A DNA stretch of 64,000 nucleotides from an uncultured Ectothiorhodospiraceae bacterium. Its GTDB lineage: Bacteria; Pseudomonadota; Gammaproteobacteria; UBA9214. This document shows positions 32,049-42,204 of this stretch, one piece after another. The translations under genes were made by a program, and so were the position numbers. The first letter of the stretch is position 1; each line of letters starts with the position of its first letter. The notes beneath the pieces were generated by a model that had not been told where the DNA came from, searched no databases, and saw only the letters and a list, made by a program, of their open reading frames with translations. The stretch spans positions 487 through 64,486 of the forward strand of contig CAMYMI010000013.1 in NCBI GenBank assembly GCA_947259415.1. The letters run 5' to 3'.

Positions 32049-32867
32049 CTAGAAATACCGGTTGTCGCGTGCGGCAGTCAGGCGTTTCAGATATTCCTCT
32101 GCATTGACGGCTTCATCTCTGGGCCGGCGATTGAGCATGTCCTGAATCGCCTCGTTGTCGCTGTTACGGACCTCGTCGACCGTGCCGGTCATCAGTACTT
32201 GCCCGTCACCCAGCACCGTGATCCTGTCGGCGATCTTGAATGCGCTTTCCAGTTCATGTGTAACCACCACGATGGTGACCTTCATCGCAGCCTTGAGTCG
32301 CAGTATCAGCTCATCCAGCTCGGCTGAGACAACGGGATCCAGGCCCGCAGAGGGTTCGTCGAAGAATAACAGGCTCGGGTCCATGATGATGGAACGTGCC
32401 AGGGAGGCCCTCTTGAGCATGCCGCCGGAGAGTTCGGAGGGCATCAGGTCCTCGAATCCCGCCAGGTTGACGACCTCGAGCTTCATGCGGGTCATAATGC
32501 GTATGGTGTTCTCATCCAGCCTGGTATGTATCCGCAGTGGCAACTCGATATTCTCCGCAACGCTCATCGAACCCAGCAGTGCGCCACCCTGAAAGGCGAC
32601 GCCCATCTTGCGCCGCAGTTTGTAGAGCTCTCTAGTCCCGAGCTGGGTAATATCCTGCCCCAGGATGTGGATGCTTCCGGAAGTCGGTTTGTTCAGCCCC
32701 AGCAGATTGCGCATGAGTGTGGTTTTGCCTGAACCGCTCCCGCCCATGATGACCATGATCTCTCCGGCGTGGATATCGAGATCCACGCCCTTGAGAATCT
32801 CCCGGTCTCCGTAGTGGGTGACGAGCTTCCCGATTTCGATGACATTTTCAGGTGCTGTGTCTGGCAT
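32049..32867 (-). CDS. mlaF: MlaF-family ABC ATPase
   Basis: GGSGSGKTT, PSELSGGM.KR.SLAR, FDEPSAGLDP and VVTH. Confidence 0.92.
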   Translation of the reverse strand: MPDTAPENVIEIGKLVTHYGDREILKGVDLDIHAGEIMVIMGGSGSGKTTLMRNLLGLNKPTSGSIHILGQDITQLGTRELYKLRRKMGVAFQGGALLGSMSVAENIELPLRIHTRLDENTIRIMTRMKLEVVNLAGFEDLMPSELSGGMLKRASLARSIIMDPSLLFFDEPSAGLDPVVSAELDELILRLKAAMKVTIVVVTHELESAFKIADRITVLGDGQVLMTGTVDEVRNSDNEAIQDMLNRRPRDEAVNAEEYLKRLTAARDNRYF

Positions 32868-32980
32868 GCGTATCTGCTCCGGGGTATTTTATACAGAACC
32901 GGGAATTCTTTATTACTGGCCTATTGTGGACCGAATGCCGGTTGGTCTACAAGGGCGTCTCGCCCGCCCGAGCGGCCTGC

Positions 32981-34840
32981 TTACATGATTTCCCTGCGCG
33001 TATCCCATTCACCATACAGGGTCTCGATCTCCGCACGGTGGTCACTGATTTCCCCGCTTAGCGCCTTTTCAATTACCGTTTCAATGGCGCTGGCGGCTTC
33101 GATACGCTGCAGGAATACATAGTCACAGCCTGCTTCATAGAGTTTTTTGCTTTCCGCAAGCTCGATGGCATGGGCGATGATGATCGCATCAGGATTAATG
33201 TGCCGCACAGCCTCGACGATTTTCTCGTTCGTTGTACCCTTCAGGACATCATCCGGAATCGTTGACACGATAATTTTACCCTTGTCGACACCTGTATGAA
33301 GCAGGGTTTCGGGATTGCTAAGATCCCCGTATTTCACGACGGGGCCATGGGCCGCAATCTTTTGATGGATGTTTACATTGAAATCCACTATCAGTGTTTT
33401 TTCGAGTAACTCGGGATGATGTCTCTCAAGCTCATATAACAATGAAGATGTGATTCGATGAAAACCTAGCAGAACCAGGCTATAAGACTCCTGGTCAGCA
33501 GTTTCTCTTGTTGTCGGCGCCTTGAACCCGATTTTCTCGAGAAGTCCCGAAAGCCTGTCGTGCAGGTTATCGGCCTGCTGAAAAAGTATCGGTGTCAGCA
33601 GGGCAGTGATGACAAACGCGAAAATGATCGCACTGTTCAGTTCGGCCGAGATGTGGCCAAGCTGCACGCCGATGAAACCAATCACCAGGCTGAATTCGGA
33701 TATCTGGGCAAGCCGGACGGATGTAACCATGGAATTGCGGCGGTCGAGCCCGGTGAAATAGAACAATGGAAAGAAAATGAGGAATCGGGCCAGCAATGAG
33801 CCCACCGCAAACAAGACAGCCAGCAGCAGCACATCGAGGCCATTCGGCATCGGAATGCTCATGCCGAGACCGACGAAGAACAGTGTGATAAAAAAGTCTT
33901 TTACAACCCCCACCTTGCCGACGATTTCGGTACTGTAAGGGAGATTGGCGATCGTGGCGCCCGCGATGAGTGCTCCCATCGCCGGGCCCACGCTCAAGTG
34001 CAGGTTGAACTTAAACAACCACTCCGTGAATAGATCAAGGTAAATACCAGTCAGCACAACGATGAAACACCAGGCAATCGAGGCCACAAAAATAACTTCC
34101 GGCTTTTTGGCTACCCATTTAAAGCCGATCGGTATCACGTACTTGGCAAACTGTCCTGCAATGAATGCAAGCAGTCCGATGCCTGCAAAAGACAGCAGGA
34201 TCGGGCTGAGTTCCGGTGCACTAAAATTAGGCTGTATGGCGATCACGCCAATAGCCCATATATCCTGGAAGATCAGCAGACCCAGCACGATGCGCCCGAC
34301 TTCGGTATCCAGCTGAAAGGTTTCCTGAAAGAGCTTTACAACCAGCAACGTCGAGGACGCTGCCATGATAAAGCCGATATACAGTGGCACGTAGGTGCCG
34401 GACAAGACTTCTCCGCCAAGCCCGAGCCAGAGCAGTAGCTTGACGAACAGGAACCCGAACAGTGTACACAGCGGGTATTGAAGCAGTCCGGAAACAATCA
34501 GAATCCGCCCGCTTGCGCGCAACTTGCGAATATCGATTTCAAGTCCGATCAGATACAACAGTAATATCAAACCCAGCTCAGATATTGTTTCGATATTACC
34601 GGGGTCGGTTACCAGTCCCGCGCCAATGGGGCCAACCACTATACCGGCGATTAAAAAGGCGGCGATTACGGGGATCCTGAGCTTGACACAGGCAATTGCC
34701 AGCGTGCCTGCCAGCAACACACATACACCGATATCCTGCACCAGGGAAGGCAGTGCACCACTTGCGGCCAGCACCGAGGCAGGGGAAATTGCCAGCACCC
34801 CGCCAACACCGAGTAGACGACCGAGCGATCTTCCAGTCAT
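32981..34840 (-). CDS. CPA2 cation:proton antiporter with TrkA-N/KTN domain (KefB/C-like)
   Basis: About 12 TM segments, IGLE, LIFQD and QISEFS; C-terminal YGD...L..G KTN domain. Confidence 0.9.
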   Translation of the reverse strand: MTGRSLGRLLGVGGVLAISPASVLAASGALPSLVQDIGVCVLLAGTLAIACVKLRIPVIAAFLIAGIVVGPIGAGLVTDPGNIETISELGLILLLYLIGLEIDIRKLRASGRILIVSGLLQYPLCTLFGFLFVKLLLWLGLGGEVLSGTYVPLYIGFIMAASSTLLVVKLFQETFQLDTEVGRIVLGLLIFQDIWAIGVIAIQPNFSAPELSPILLSFAGIGLLAFIAGQFAKYVIPIGFKWVAKKPEVIFVASIAWCFIVVLTGIYLDLFTEWLFKFNLHLSVGPAMGALIAGATIANLPYSTEIVGKVGVVKDFFITLFFVGLGMSIPMPNGLDVLLLAVLFAVGSLLARFLIFFPLFYFTGLDRRNSMVTSVRLAQISEFSLVIGFIGVQLGHISAELNSAIIFAFVITALLTPILFQQADNLHDRLSGLLEKIGFKAPTTRETADQESYSLVLLGFHRITSSLLYELERHHPELLEKTLIVDFNVNIHQKIAAHGPVVKYGDLSNPETLLHTGVDKGKIIVSTIPDDVLKGTTNEKIVEAVRHINPDAIIIAHAIELAESKKLYEAGCDYVFLQRIEAASAIETVIEKALSGEISDHRAEIETLYGEWDTRREIM

Positions 34841-34910
34841 ATCTCTGCAGTCCTGGTTATATCCGGGTCAGAGAGCAATTCTCTCTGATATTAAACACTG
34901 CTGTTTAAAC

Positions 34911-35105
34911 TCCCTCTCCTTTATGCCCGTTTTTTGGGTGCACCGGGAGAGGGTTGGGGAGAGGGGATCAAATAGTGATAACTTTCTTGTTTCACACCCC
35001 CTCATCCTAGTCGCTTCCGGCATCCCGCCTCCCGCGACACTGTGCATCCATGCACATCGTCATTCTCCCTGTACATCCAACAAACGGGCATAAAGGAGAG
35101 GGGGG
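34911..35105. repeat. CCCTCTCCC REP-like palindromes with an inserted GC-rich repeat
   Basis: tccctctcc...gggagagggttggggagagggg; cacccctcatcct...aaggagagggg. Confidence 0.75.
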
Positions 35106-35145
35106 ATTTGGCAAAGCAATGGCACTGACCCCATTTTCTCCAGAA

Positions 35146-36603
35146 TCATTTCCCCAGTGTAATCACCCGTATCAGATCGGTTCCACCGGCTTGCTGATGC
35201 TGCCCAGCGGTTGATATCACAATATCACCTGCCTTTACGTATCCCAATGCTTCCGCCTGTTCGATTCCGAAGGCGAGGCGTGCGCGGTCTGTGGGCTCGC
35301 CACTGTAGAGGATTGGGATGACACCCCAGTTCATTGACAGTTTACGTGCAACCTTCACGGAAGATGTAATCGCGAGAATCGGAATCTCAGGGCGGTATTT
35401 CGAGATCAGCCGCGAGGTAAAACCTGTCTCGGTCAGGCTGATAATCGCCGCCGCCTTGAGGTTCGCCGACATGCTGACGGCAGCCTGGCCGACGGTTTCG
35501 GTCACAATATCCGTGGGATGCGGGTTGAATCGCTGTAAATAGCCGTATTCTCCCAATGAGGATTCGGCGCGCCGTGCGATGTTGGCCATGGTACTCACCG
35601 CCTCTACGGGGTATTTGCCGACGGCGGTTTCGCCGGAGAGCATAACGGCCGATGTTCCGTCCAGAATGGCATTGGCAACATCGCTGGCCTCGGCGCGGGT
35701 CGGCTTCGGATTGTGTTCCATGGAAGCCAGCATCTGGGTGGCGGTAATGACAGGCTTGCCGTTGGTCACCGTCGAACGGATGATGTGTTTCTGGGTGGCA
35801 GGCACGTCAGCCAATGGCAACTCCACACCCATGTCGCCGCGTGCCACCATGATGCCATTGGCCGCCCTCACAATGTCTTCCAGATTCTCAACGCCGGCCT
35901 TGTTCTCGATCTTGGCGATGATTGGGATGTTGACGCCCTTTTCGACAAGTATTTCCCGCATCTTGTAGATATCGTTCGCAGTCTGAATGAAGGAAGCTGC
36001 GATGTAATCGACATCGTTCTCGGCGGCAAAGCCCAGTTCCCTTATGACATCCTCACGGTTTTCAGGGCTGACAGCGCTAAGCGCAAGCCGGGTATTAGGC
36101 AGGTTCACGCTCTTGCTGTTGCCCAGCCAGCCACCATGGATGACACGGCAAGAGATGGCGTTGCCGCTGACTCCCGTGACTTCCAGTTCGATGGCGCCGT
36201 CGTCTAGCAGGATCGGTGTGCCGGCATGGACCTCCTCCTGCAGTTTTCTGTAGGTTATTGCGACACCATCGGCATTACCGGTGCGCTCTTCGGTGTACAG
36301 AGTAAAGCTGGCACCCGGTAGCAGTTCAACCGTACCGCCCTCCAGCAGGCCGGTGCGGATCTCGATACCCCGGGTATCGATCATGATGGCTATGTTTGTG
36401 CCAACTTGTTCGGATGTATCGCGCAGGAGTTTGATCTGCTTTTTGTGGTCGGCAAGGTTGCCGTGGGAGAGGTTGAGGCGCGCCACGTTCATCCCGGCCC
36501 TGATCATTGCGGCGAGCTTGTCCGCCGTATTGCAGGCCGGACCAATCGTGGCAACGATCTTGGTTTTACGTTGTATCGGTAATCCGTTTGTTGTGTTTTT
36601 CAT
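35146..36603 (-). CDS. pyk: Pyruvate kinase
   Basis: KTKIVATIGP, ARLNLSHG, IAKIE, MVARGDMGVE, ATQML.SM and MLSGETA. Confidence 0.97.
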   Translation of the reverse strand: MKNTTNGLPIQRKTKIVATIGPACNTADKLAAMIRAGMNVARLNLSHGNLADHKKQIKLLRDTSEQVGTNIAIMIDTRGIEIRTGLLEGGTVELLPGASFTLYTEERTGNADGVAITYRKLQEEVHAGTPILLDDGAIELEVTGVSGNAISCRVIHGGWLGNSKSVNLPNTRLALSAVSPENREDVIRELGFAAENDVDYIAASFIQTANDIYKMREILVEKGVNIPIIAKIENKAGVENLEDIVRAANGIMVARGDMGVELPLADVPATQKHIIRSTVTNGKPVITATQMLASMEHNPKPTRAEASDVANAILDGTSAVMLSGETAVGKYPVEAVSTMANIARRAESSLGEYGYLQRFNPHPTDIVTETVGQAAVSMSANLKAAAIISLTETGFTSRLISKYRPEIPILAITSSVKVARKLSMNWGVIPILYSGEPTDRARLAFGIEQAEALGYVKAGDIVISTAGQHQQAGGTDLIRVITLGK

Positions 36604-36871
36604 TCGGGTCGTGTCGCTTGCTGGATGAAGAAGAAGGCTGTAAGCCATTCCCCCATATTCTACAGTGTTTTTTTGTTCATGCTGTAGTTTTATAGCGGGA
36701 TAAAGGGCGCCAGGTACCGTGCTTGCCACGAAAACCGAGTCAGCGGCCGCTAACTCACGTTAGTCGCCATCATTCAGGATCACAATGCTCTAAGCCAGCA
36801 TCCCGATAACTTGTCAGATCGACACCTTGCGGCATGATCGGCATTTGTCGGATATACGGGTTCCCGTATAA

Positions 36872-39172
36872 CTATTTCGACGTCATCACGAAGACGCCGT
36901 TCCAGTCGTCGCCGGGCGGGTGGTTCTTCATGTAGTCGCAGCGCTCGATGTAGGTACGCGACAGTTTATCGTTCGGGTGCAGCTTGAGGGCGTCGTTGAA
37001 GGCGGCCGTGGCCTTGTCCCAGTTGCCGTTACGGTACTGCGTCAGGCCGTCCTTGAAATGAAGGACCGTTTCCATCAGGTTGGGAAAGCTCTCCTCGCTG
37101 TGGTGGTCGAGGATCTCGTAGATGGACACCGGTTCGGTCTTGCCCTTGACAATCACCCGGTCGATTTCGCGGATGCGGTAGGTGCCGTGCAGCTTGCGGT
37201 AGGTGTTCTCGCTGGTCAGGATGCGCGCCGAGTACTGTTTGCAGGCACTCTCCAGGCGTGCCGCGAGGTTCACGCCGTCACCGATAATGGTGTAGTCCAT
37301 GCGCTTGGGCGAGCCGATGTTGCCCGAGACCACCACGTCGGTGTTGAGCCCGATGCCCATGTCCACCGGGTGTTTGCCCAGAGCCAGCCGTTCCCGGTTC
37401 CAGTCATCGAGTTTCCTGATCATAGCGATGGCGGCACGCACGGCGCGGTCCTCGTCGTCATCGTGGGCGATCGGCATACCGAAGGCCGCCATGATGGCAT
37501 CGCCGATGAACTTGTCGAGCATGCCTTCCTCGCGCTGGATGCAGTCGACCATGAGGGTGAAATACTCGTTCAGCAGGGCGACGGTGCCCTGGGCGCCGAG
37601 TTCCTCGGTCAGCGTGGTGAAGCCGCGGATATCGGAGAACAGAATGGTCGCCGGGGTGCTCTTGCCGCCGAGGATATCGCCACCACCCTCCAGGACCTGG
37701 TCGGCCAGGCCGGGATCCATGTAGCGCGCCATGGTCGACTTGACCCGCTTTTCGGTGCTGATGTCCTCGATCATGATCAGGGTGCCGAGCGAGTGCTCGT
37801 CGGAGGCGATCAGCGGCAGCACGGTCAGGTTGACCGAGACCTTGTTGTTGTTGAATTCGAGTTCGGCGTCCACCGAGATGTCCGGTACGCGGGTCTCGGC
37901 CACGCGCAGGATCTTGTCCCGGACCCAGGCATTGGCGCCGGTGAGGAACTCGTCGGCAGAGCGGCCGATGATGTCCTGGCTGTCGAGCTGCATAATGCGC
38001 GAGCCGGCGTCATTGCAGGTCACGATGTTGGCATCCTCGTCCAGGGTGAACACCCCGTTCGACATGCTCTGCAGCATGCTCTCGTTGTAGTTCTTCATGT
38101 TCTCGACGTCGTTGAACAGCTTGGCGTTCTCGAGGCCGATGGAGACCTGTGCCGTGAACGCGCGCAGGCGGGATTCGTCCTCCCCGGTAAAGGCGCCGCC
38201 GCGCTTGTTGAGCACCTGGGTGACGCCGATGGTCTTGCCGTCCTTGTTGACCACAGGAACGCACAGGATGGAGCGTGTGAAAAAGCCGGTCTTGCGGTCG
38301 AATTCCGGGTTGAAGCGCAGGTCGGCATAGGCATAGGGGATGTTCACCGACTGGCCACTGGTGAACACGGTGCCGGCAATACCCTGGTCATTGGGCAGGC
38401 GGATCTGGGTGGCGTCCAGGCCCACGCCGGTCTGCGACCATAACTCGCCGGACTTCTCGTCGTTGATGAACAGGGTCGAGCGTTCGGCATTGAGCATGCG
38501 CGTGGCCTCGGTCATCACCTTCTGCAGCACCACGGCGAGGTCGATCTCGGAGGTGACGTCCGAGACGATGTCGAGGAACTCCAGTTCCTGGGTGTGGGAC
38601 CTGTGCATGCGCTCGGCGAACTGGACGCTGTGCAGGGTGATCGAGGCCTGCAGGGTCAGCGCCTGCAATACCTCCAGGTTTTCCTCGGTGAACTCGCCGT
38701 GCTGCTTGTTCAGTGATTGTGCCACGCCGATGATGTCACCCTTGACGGTCCGGATCGGTGTGCACAGCACGTTGCGGGTATGGTAGCCGGTTTTTTCATC
38801 CACGGACGGGCTGAAGCGTTCATCGGAGTAGGCGTCATGGATGACCATGCTCTCGCCATTGGTGAACACATGGCCGGCGATCCCCACGGTGTTCAGTATC
38901 CGGATATCACGTCGGATGTCGCCCAGAGCCACCCGAGAGTACAGCTCGCCGGTCTCGACATCATTCAGGAACAAGGTGGAGCGATCGGCCCCGGTCTCCC
39001 GGCTGATGATCGTCACCAGGGTCTCGAGCGCCTCATCCAGCGTGTCCATGGCGCCCATTTGATGATTGACATCGACCAGCAGCTCGGCCATGCGCAGACG
39101 CTTGCCGATGACGTCATGCGCGCGGTCCGGGCCACGCCGTTCGACAAAGTCGATGACCGAACTATCCGGCAT
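36872..39172 (-). CDS. GAF-GAF-PAS class III adenylate cyclase (CyaB1-like)
   Basis: Two GAF domains with NK..F motifs, a PAS domain, ILFSDIRGFT, DKFIGDA and DYTIIGDGVNLAARLE, plus a C-terminal TPR-like tail. Confidence 0.95.
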   Translation of the reverse strand: MPDSSVIDFVERRGPDRAHDVIGKRLRMAELLVDVNHQMGAMDTLDEALETLVTIISRETGADRSTLFLNDVETGELYSRVALGDIRRDIRILNTVGIAGHVFTNGESMVIHDAYSDERFSPSVDEKTGYHTRNVLCTPIRTVKGDIIGVAQSLNKQHGEFTEENLEVLQALTLQASITLHSVQFAERMHRSHTQELEFLDIVSDVTSEIDLAVVLQKVMTEATRMLNAERSTLFINDEKSGELWSQTGVGLDATQIRLPNDQGIAGTVFTSGQSVNIPYAYADLRFNPEFDRKTGFFTRSILCVPVVNKDGKTIGVTQVLNKRGGAFTGEDESRLRAFTAQVSIGLENAKLFNDVENMKNYNESMLQSMSNGVFTLDEDANIVTCNDAGSRIMQLDSQDIIGRSADEFLTGANAWVRDKILRVAETRVPDISVDAELEFNNNKVSVNLTVLPLIASDEHSLGTLIMIEDISTEKRVKSTMARYMDPGLADQVLEGGGDILGGKSTPATILFSDIRGFTTLTEELGAQGTVALLNEYFTLMVDCIQREEGMLDKFIGDAIMAAFGMPIAHDDDEDRAVRAAIAMIRKLDDWNRERLALGKHPVDMGIGLNTDVVVSGNIGSPKRMDYTIIGDGVNLAARLESACKQYSARILTSENTYRKLHGTYRIREIDRVIVKGKTEPVSIYEILDHHSEESFPNLMETVLHFKDGLTQYRNGNWDKATAAFNDALKLHPNDKLSRTYIERCDYMKNHPPGDDWNGVFVMTSK

Positions 39173-39551
39173 GGTGCGGCTCCAACGCTGCGCCCGGGGT
39201 GTCGTCGGAAGGTTGTCCCGCACGGTCAGTGCGCTGATGCAGGCCTTCCAGCTCCTGGCGCAGTGCGGTGATGGTGGCCTTCAGCTGCTTGATCTCATCA
39301 CTGGTAGCAACCGTCGCCTGGTTGACCTGTTCCCTGGCATCGAAGCGCTGCTTTTCCAGCTCCTCGCGCAGGGCGCTGATGGTGTCCCGGAACTGCTGAT
39401 TCTCGATATGGTTCTCGGCGACCACCTGCTGTACGGCGTGGTCCTTTTCCAGGCGCATGGCCTCCAGCTCCGTACGCAGGGTCGCGATCATCTCCTGCAG
39501 ATGGCGGATTTCCCGGTTGGCGGCACTAAGTTGTTCGGGTGTGACTTCCAT
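39162..39551 (-). CDS. Small coiled-coil repeat protein coupled to the cyclase
   Basis: Three repeats (EIRHLQEMIATLRTELE / ENQQFRDTISALREELE / EIKQLKATITALRQELE); the stop overlaps the cyclase start. Confidence 0.75.
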   Translation of the reverse strand: MEVTPEQLSAANREIRHLQEMIATLRTELEAMRLEKDHAVQQVVAENHIENQQFRDTISALREELEKQRFDAREQVNQATVATSDEIKQLKATITALRQELEGLHQRTDRAGQPSDDTPGAALEPHHAG

Positions 39552-39609
39552 GAGCGGCTCGCTGGTAACTGGTTATTATTATAGATTAATTCACTGCAGT
39601 CACATAAAC

Positions 39610-39790
39610 TCCCTCTCCCCACGGGAGAGGGCTGGGGAGAGGGGGTCAGAAAATGATAACTGCATGAATCCAAATCCCATCATCCCAGTTTTCTCGGCAA
39701 CTGCTCCATGCCTTGCTCTACCGCCTGCATGGCCCAGGCCAGCTCTTGACCGCTACGCGGCCTCACCTCCTCCCTGCAGGCGTCCCGGAG
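39610..39790. repeat. REP-like palindrome plus a dispersed GC-rich element
   Basis: ccctctccccacgggagagggctggggagagggg; 39714-39785 recurs inverted at 56335-56407. Confidence 0.75.
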
Positions 39791-40030
39791 GTAGAAAGTG
39801 TTTCGTGTTTTACAACGCCCTCCACAGGGAGAGGATTTCTATAAATCTAACGGCCTGATTTTTTCCTCATCAGTCTGCCGACAATCATTCCAGGCTACTT
39901 CAATTTAAGCACAAAATTACCAGATTGGCGCAACCGCGGCCCCCGCTCACGTCCGGCAACCCGGACTTGCGGCCGTTCTGGATACGAATCATACTCAACA
40001 GACTCCCATGCCTTGGCGAAGGAAATATAA

Positions 40031-40906
40031 TTGCTAATCACCTTCTACGGGGTCCGGGGCTCGGTGCCATCACCGGGACCCACGACCGTAAAATACGGCG
40101 GCAACACCTCTTGCGTCTACGTCGAACTGGCTAACGGCGAGAGCCTGATAGTGGACTCGGGCACGGGCATCCGCGGTTTGGGCAAGCGGCTCAAACAGAC
40201 CGACGGCGATATAAACATCCTCCTGTCCCACACACACTGGGACCACATCCACGGCTATCCCTATTTCGCGCCGATCTACCAGCGTGATCGGCATATCCGG
40301 GTGTTTACCGCGGCGAATGAGGCACACGGCCAGATCTGTTCCCTGTTCGACCAGATCGACGGGGCAAATTTCCCGCTGCACGCCAACGAGCTGCCGTCAC
40401 GGGCCGAGTGCATCACAGAGAATTTGGAATCCATGCTGGCCGGCGACAATATCCAGATCCGACGGGCGCACATCAACCACCCCGGCGGCGGCTATGCCTA
40501 TCGGATAGAGGAAGACGGCACCTCCTGCCTGTACATCACCGACAACGAGCTGGAACCGCCCAACAAGCCCGCCACCACCTATGACCAATGGGTTGAGTTC
40601 TGCCGCGGGGCTGATGTGCTGATCCACGATGCCCAGTACCTCCAATCCGACATGCCGCACAAGCACGGCTGGGGCCATTCACTGGTCTCGCAGGTGCGCC
40701 AGCTGGCGGTCGACGCCGAGGTCAACTGCCTGGTGATGTTCCACCATGACCCCGACCGCACCGATACCGAGATCGACTTTATCCAGCAGGAAAACGAACA
40801 GTTCTTCCGCGGTCGGCGCGCCCCGGCGCTGAGTGTGTGTGCCGCGGAGGGCATGCAGATCCGCCTGACCCCGCAAGCCGAGGGCACTCGCATCACGGTT
40901 GAATAA
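40031..40906 (+). CDS. MBL-fold metallohydrolase (candidate cyclic-nucleotide phosphodiesterase)
   Basis: GVRGS.P.PG, YGGNTSC, SHTHWDHI.G, HPG, TDNE, HDAQY and FHHDP. Confidence 0.88.
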   Translation: MLITFYGVRGSVPSPGPTTVKYGGNTSCVYVELANGESLIVDSGTGIRGLGKRLKQTDGDINILLSHTHWDHIHGYPYFAPIYQRDRHIRVFTAANEAHGQICSLFDQIDGANFPLHANELPSRAECITENLESMLAGDNIQIRRAHINHPGGGYAYRIEEDGTSCLYITDNELEPPNKPATTYDQWVEFCRGADVLIHDAQYLQSDMPHKHGWGHSLVSQVRQLAVDAEVNCLVMFHHDPDRTDTEIDFIQQENEQFFRGRRAPALSVCAAEGMQIRLTPQAEGTRITVE

Positions 40907-41164
40907 ATGCGGTAATCAGATGGCGGGCACCGCCGCGACAAGAGTATGCGGCAGATCTTGCCGCCGTGGCAGGTCAACTTGATAGAATAGCGCGGTCTCT
41001 ATAGCTTGCCTCGGGGCGGTCCACCCGCCATTCATCGACTGATCCCAGATCAGATCACTTACTTTTGAAGGTTGACAGGACGGCAGTGAACGTCGATGTG
41101 TATTTCAGGCCGGCGTTGTTCTCAGGCACACAAGCCGGCCTGCTTGCGGACTTAAATCGGGTCC

Positions 41165-41878
41165 CTATCGCTTGTCGTAATCAGCTGCTGCTGTTAATCC
41201 AACCTGCTCGAGTAAGGCAGCGCGTTGGGCACGTAGGGTCGCATCCCCCGGATTCTGCTGGATTGCCCGAGATATCGAATCGATGGCGTCATACCACACC
41301 CCGTTTTCCGCATAAATACTCGCCATTGTTTGATGGTCTGCCTTAGCGATTCTGCTCTCGAGATCAGCATCTGGCGGGTCATATTGAATCGTGCCGCTGG
41401 CAATGACATCGTTGGAACGCTGTTCCTCATCAGGTGTCACGGATACGAACCAGCGGTACTCGATACCCGGCTCGAGTTTGGTGCCAGCGGTTGCCAGATC
41501 CAGCTGCTGGATCCCTGCGCTTTTCGGGGTGCCGACGACGTTCTCGAGAATCGGATCGATTGCCTCGTCATTGATCACGGTCACATCCAGTCGCGCATTT
41601 GCCGGTTTGGAGATGTACCAGTAGAGCGTGGGCTGGCTCTTGGTTGTCAGTCCGGTGTGATCCGGCGCAAGCACGGACAGTTCGAGCGTGGTTTCCCCCA
41701 CCCCGCGTGATCCGCCGCCGACACGACTGGCAGGTGCTCCCCGCAGTGGGGGGCTGTAGGTAAAGCCGCCGCCGCTCTTCTGCACTGAACTGCCGGTGGT
41801 TTCCTGGGCGGACACCAGGGTGGAAAATGGTGCAAGAATCAGAGTGAGTAACAGAGCAAGTGTCGTAACAGGATTCAT
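41165..41878 (-). CDS. DUF928-domain exported protein
   Basis: Signal peptide, GAP..R.GGGSRG, GLT...PTLYWY and YAENGVWYDA. Confidence 0.88.
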   Translation of the reverse strand: MNPVTTLALLLTLILAPFSTLVSAQETTGSSVQKSGGGFTYSPPLRGAPASRVGGGSRGVGETTLELSVLAPDHTGLTTKSQPTLYWYISKPANARLDVTVINDEAIDPILENVVGTPKSAGIQQLDLATAGTKLEPGIEYRWFVSVTPDEEQRSNDVIASGTIQYDPPDADLESRIAKADHQTMASIYAENGVWYDAIDSISRAIQQNPGDATLRAQRAALLEQVGLTAAADYDKR

Positions 41879-42204
41879 GGAGGCTTTCCCCGCTGGTTTC
41901 CAGTCATTATTGAATCACCCCTGTGTAACGCTGCCTTGCGAATCTTGAACCGGGTGGCCCCGATCGGTTGTTTCTTCCGGGACGTGAAACAGGAGTGAAC
42001 GCACCTCCCGCTACTTATAGCGGATCAATTACAGAAATACAAATCGGTCATGCAGGTGAATCGGTCTCGTCAGGCCGGCGTGCAGCGACATGCGCCGGTG
42101 TGTGCATCTGCCGTCTTGCGGGCACATTGTCCATCCCCCCATACCGGATACACGCCACCCCGGGATGGCATACACGCTTGTCAGATCGTGGGTTCTTGTT
42201 GATC

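Noticed and set aside
36920-38443. Long antisense ORFs (also 16845-17786, 43273-44253, 48614-49612, 59664-61028)
   Set aside because: Shadow frames opposite well-supported GC-rich genes, with no recognisable motifs.
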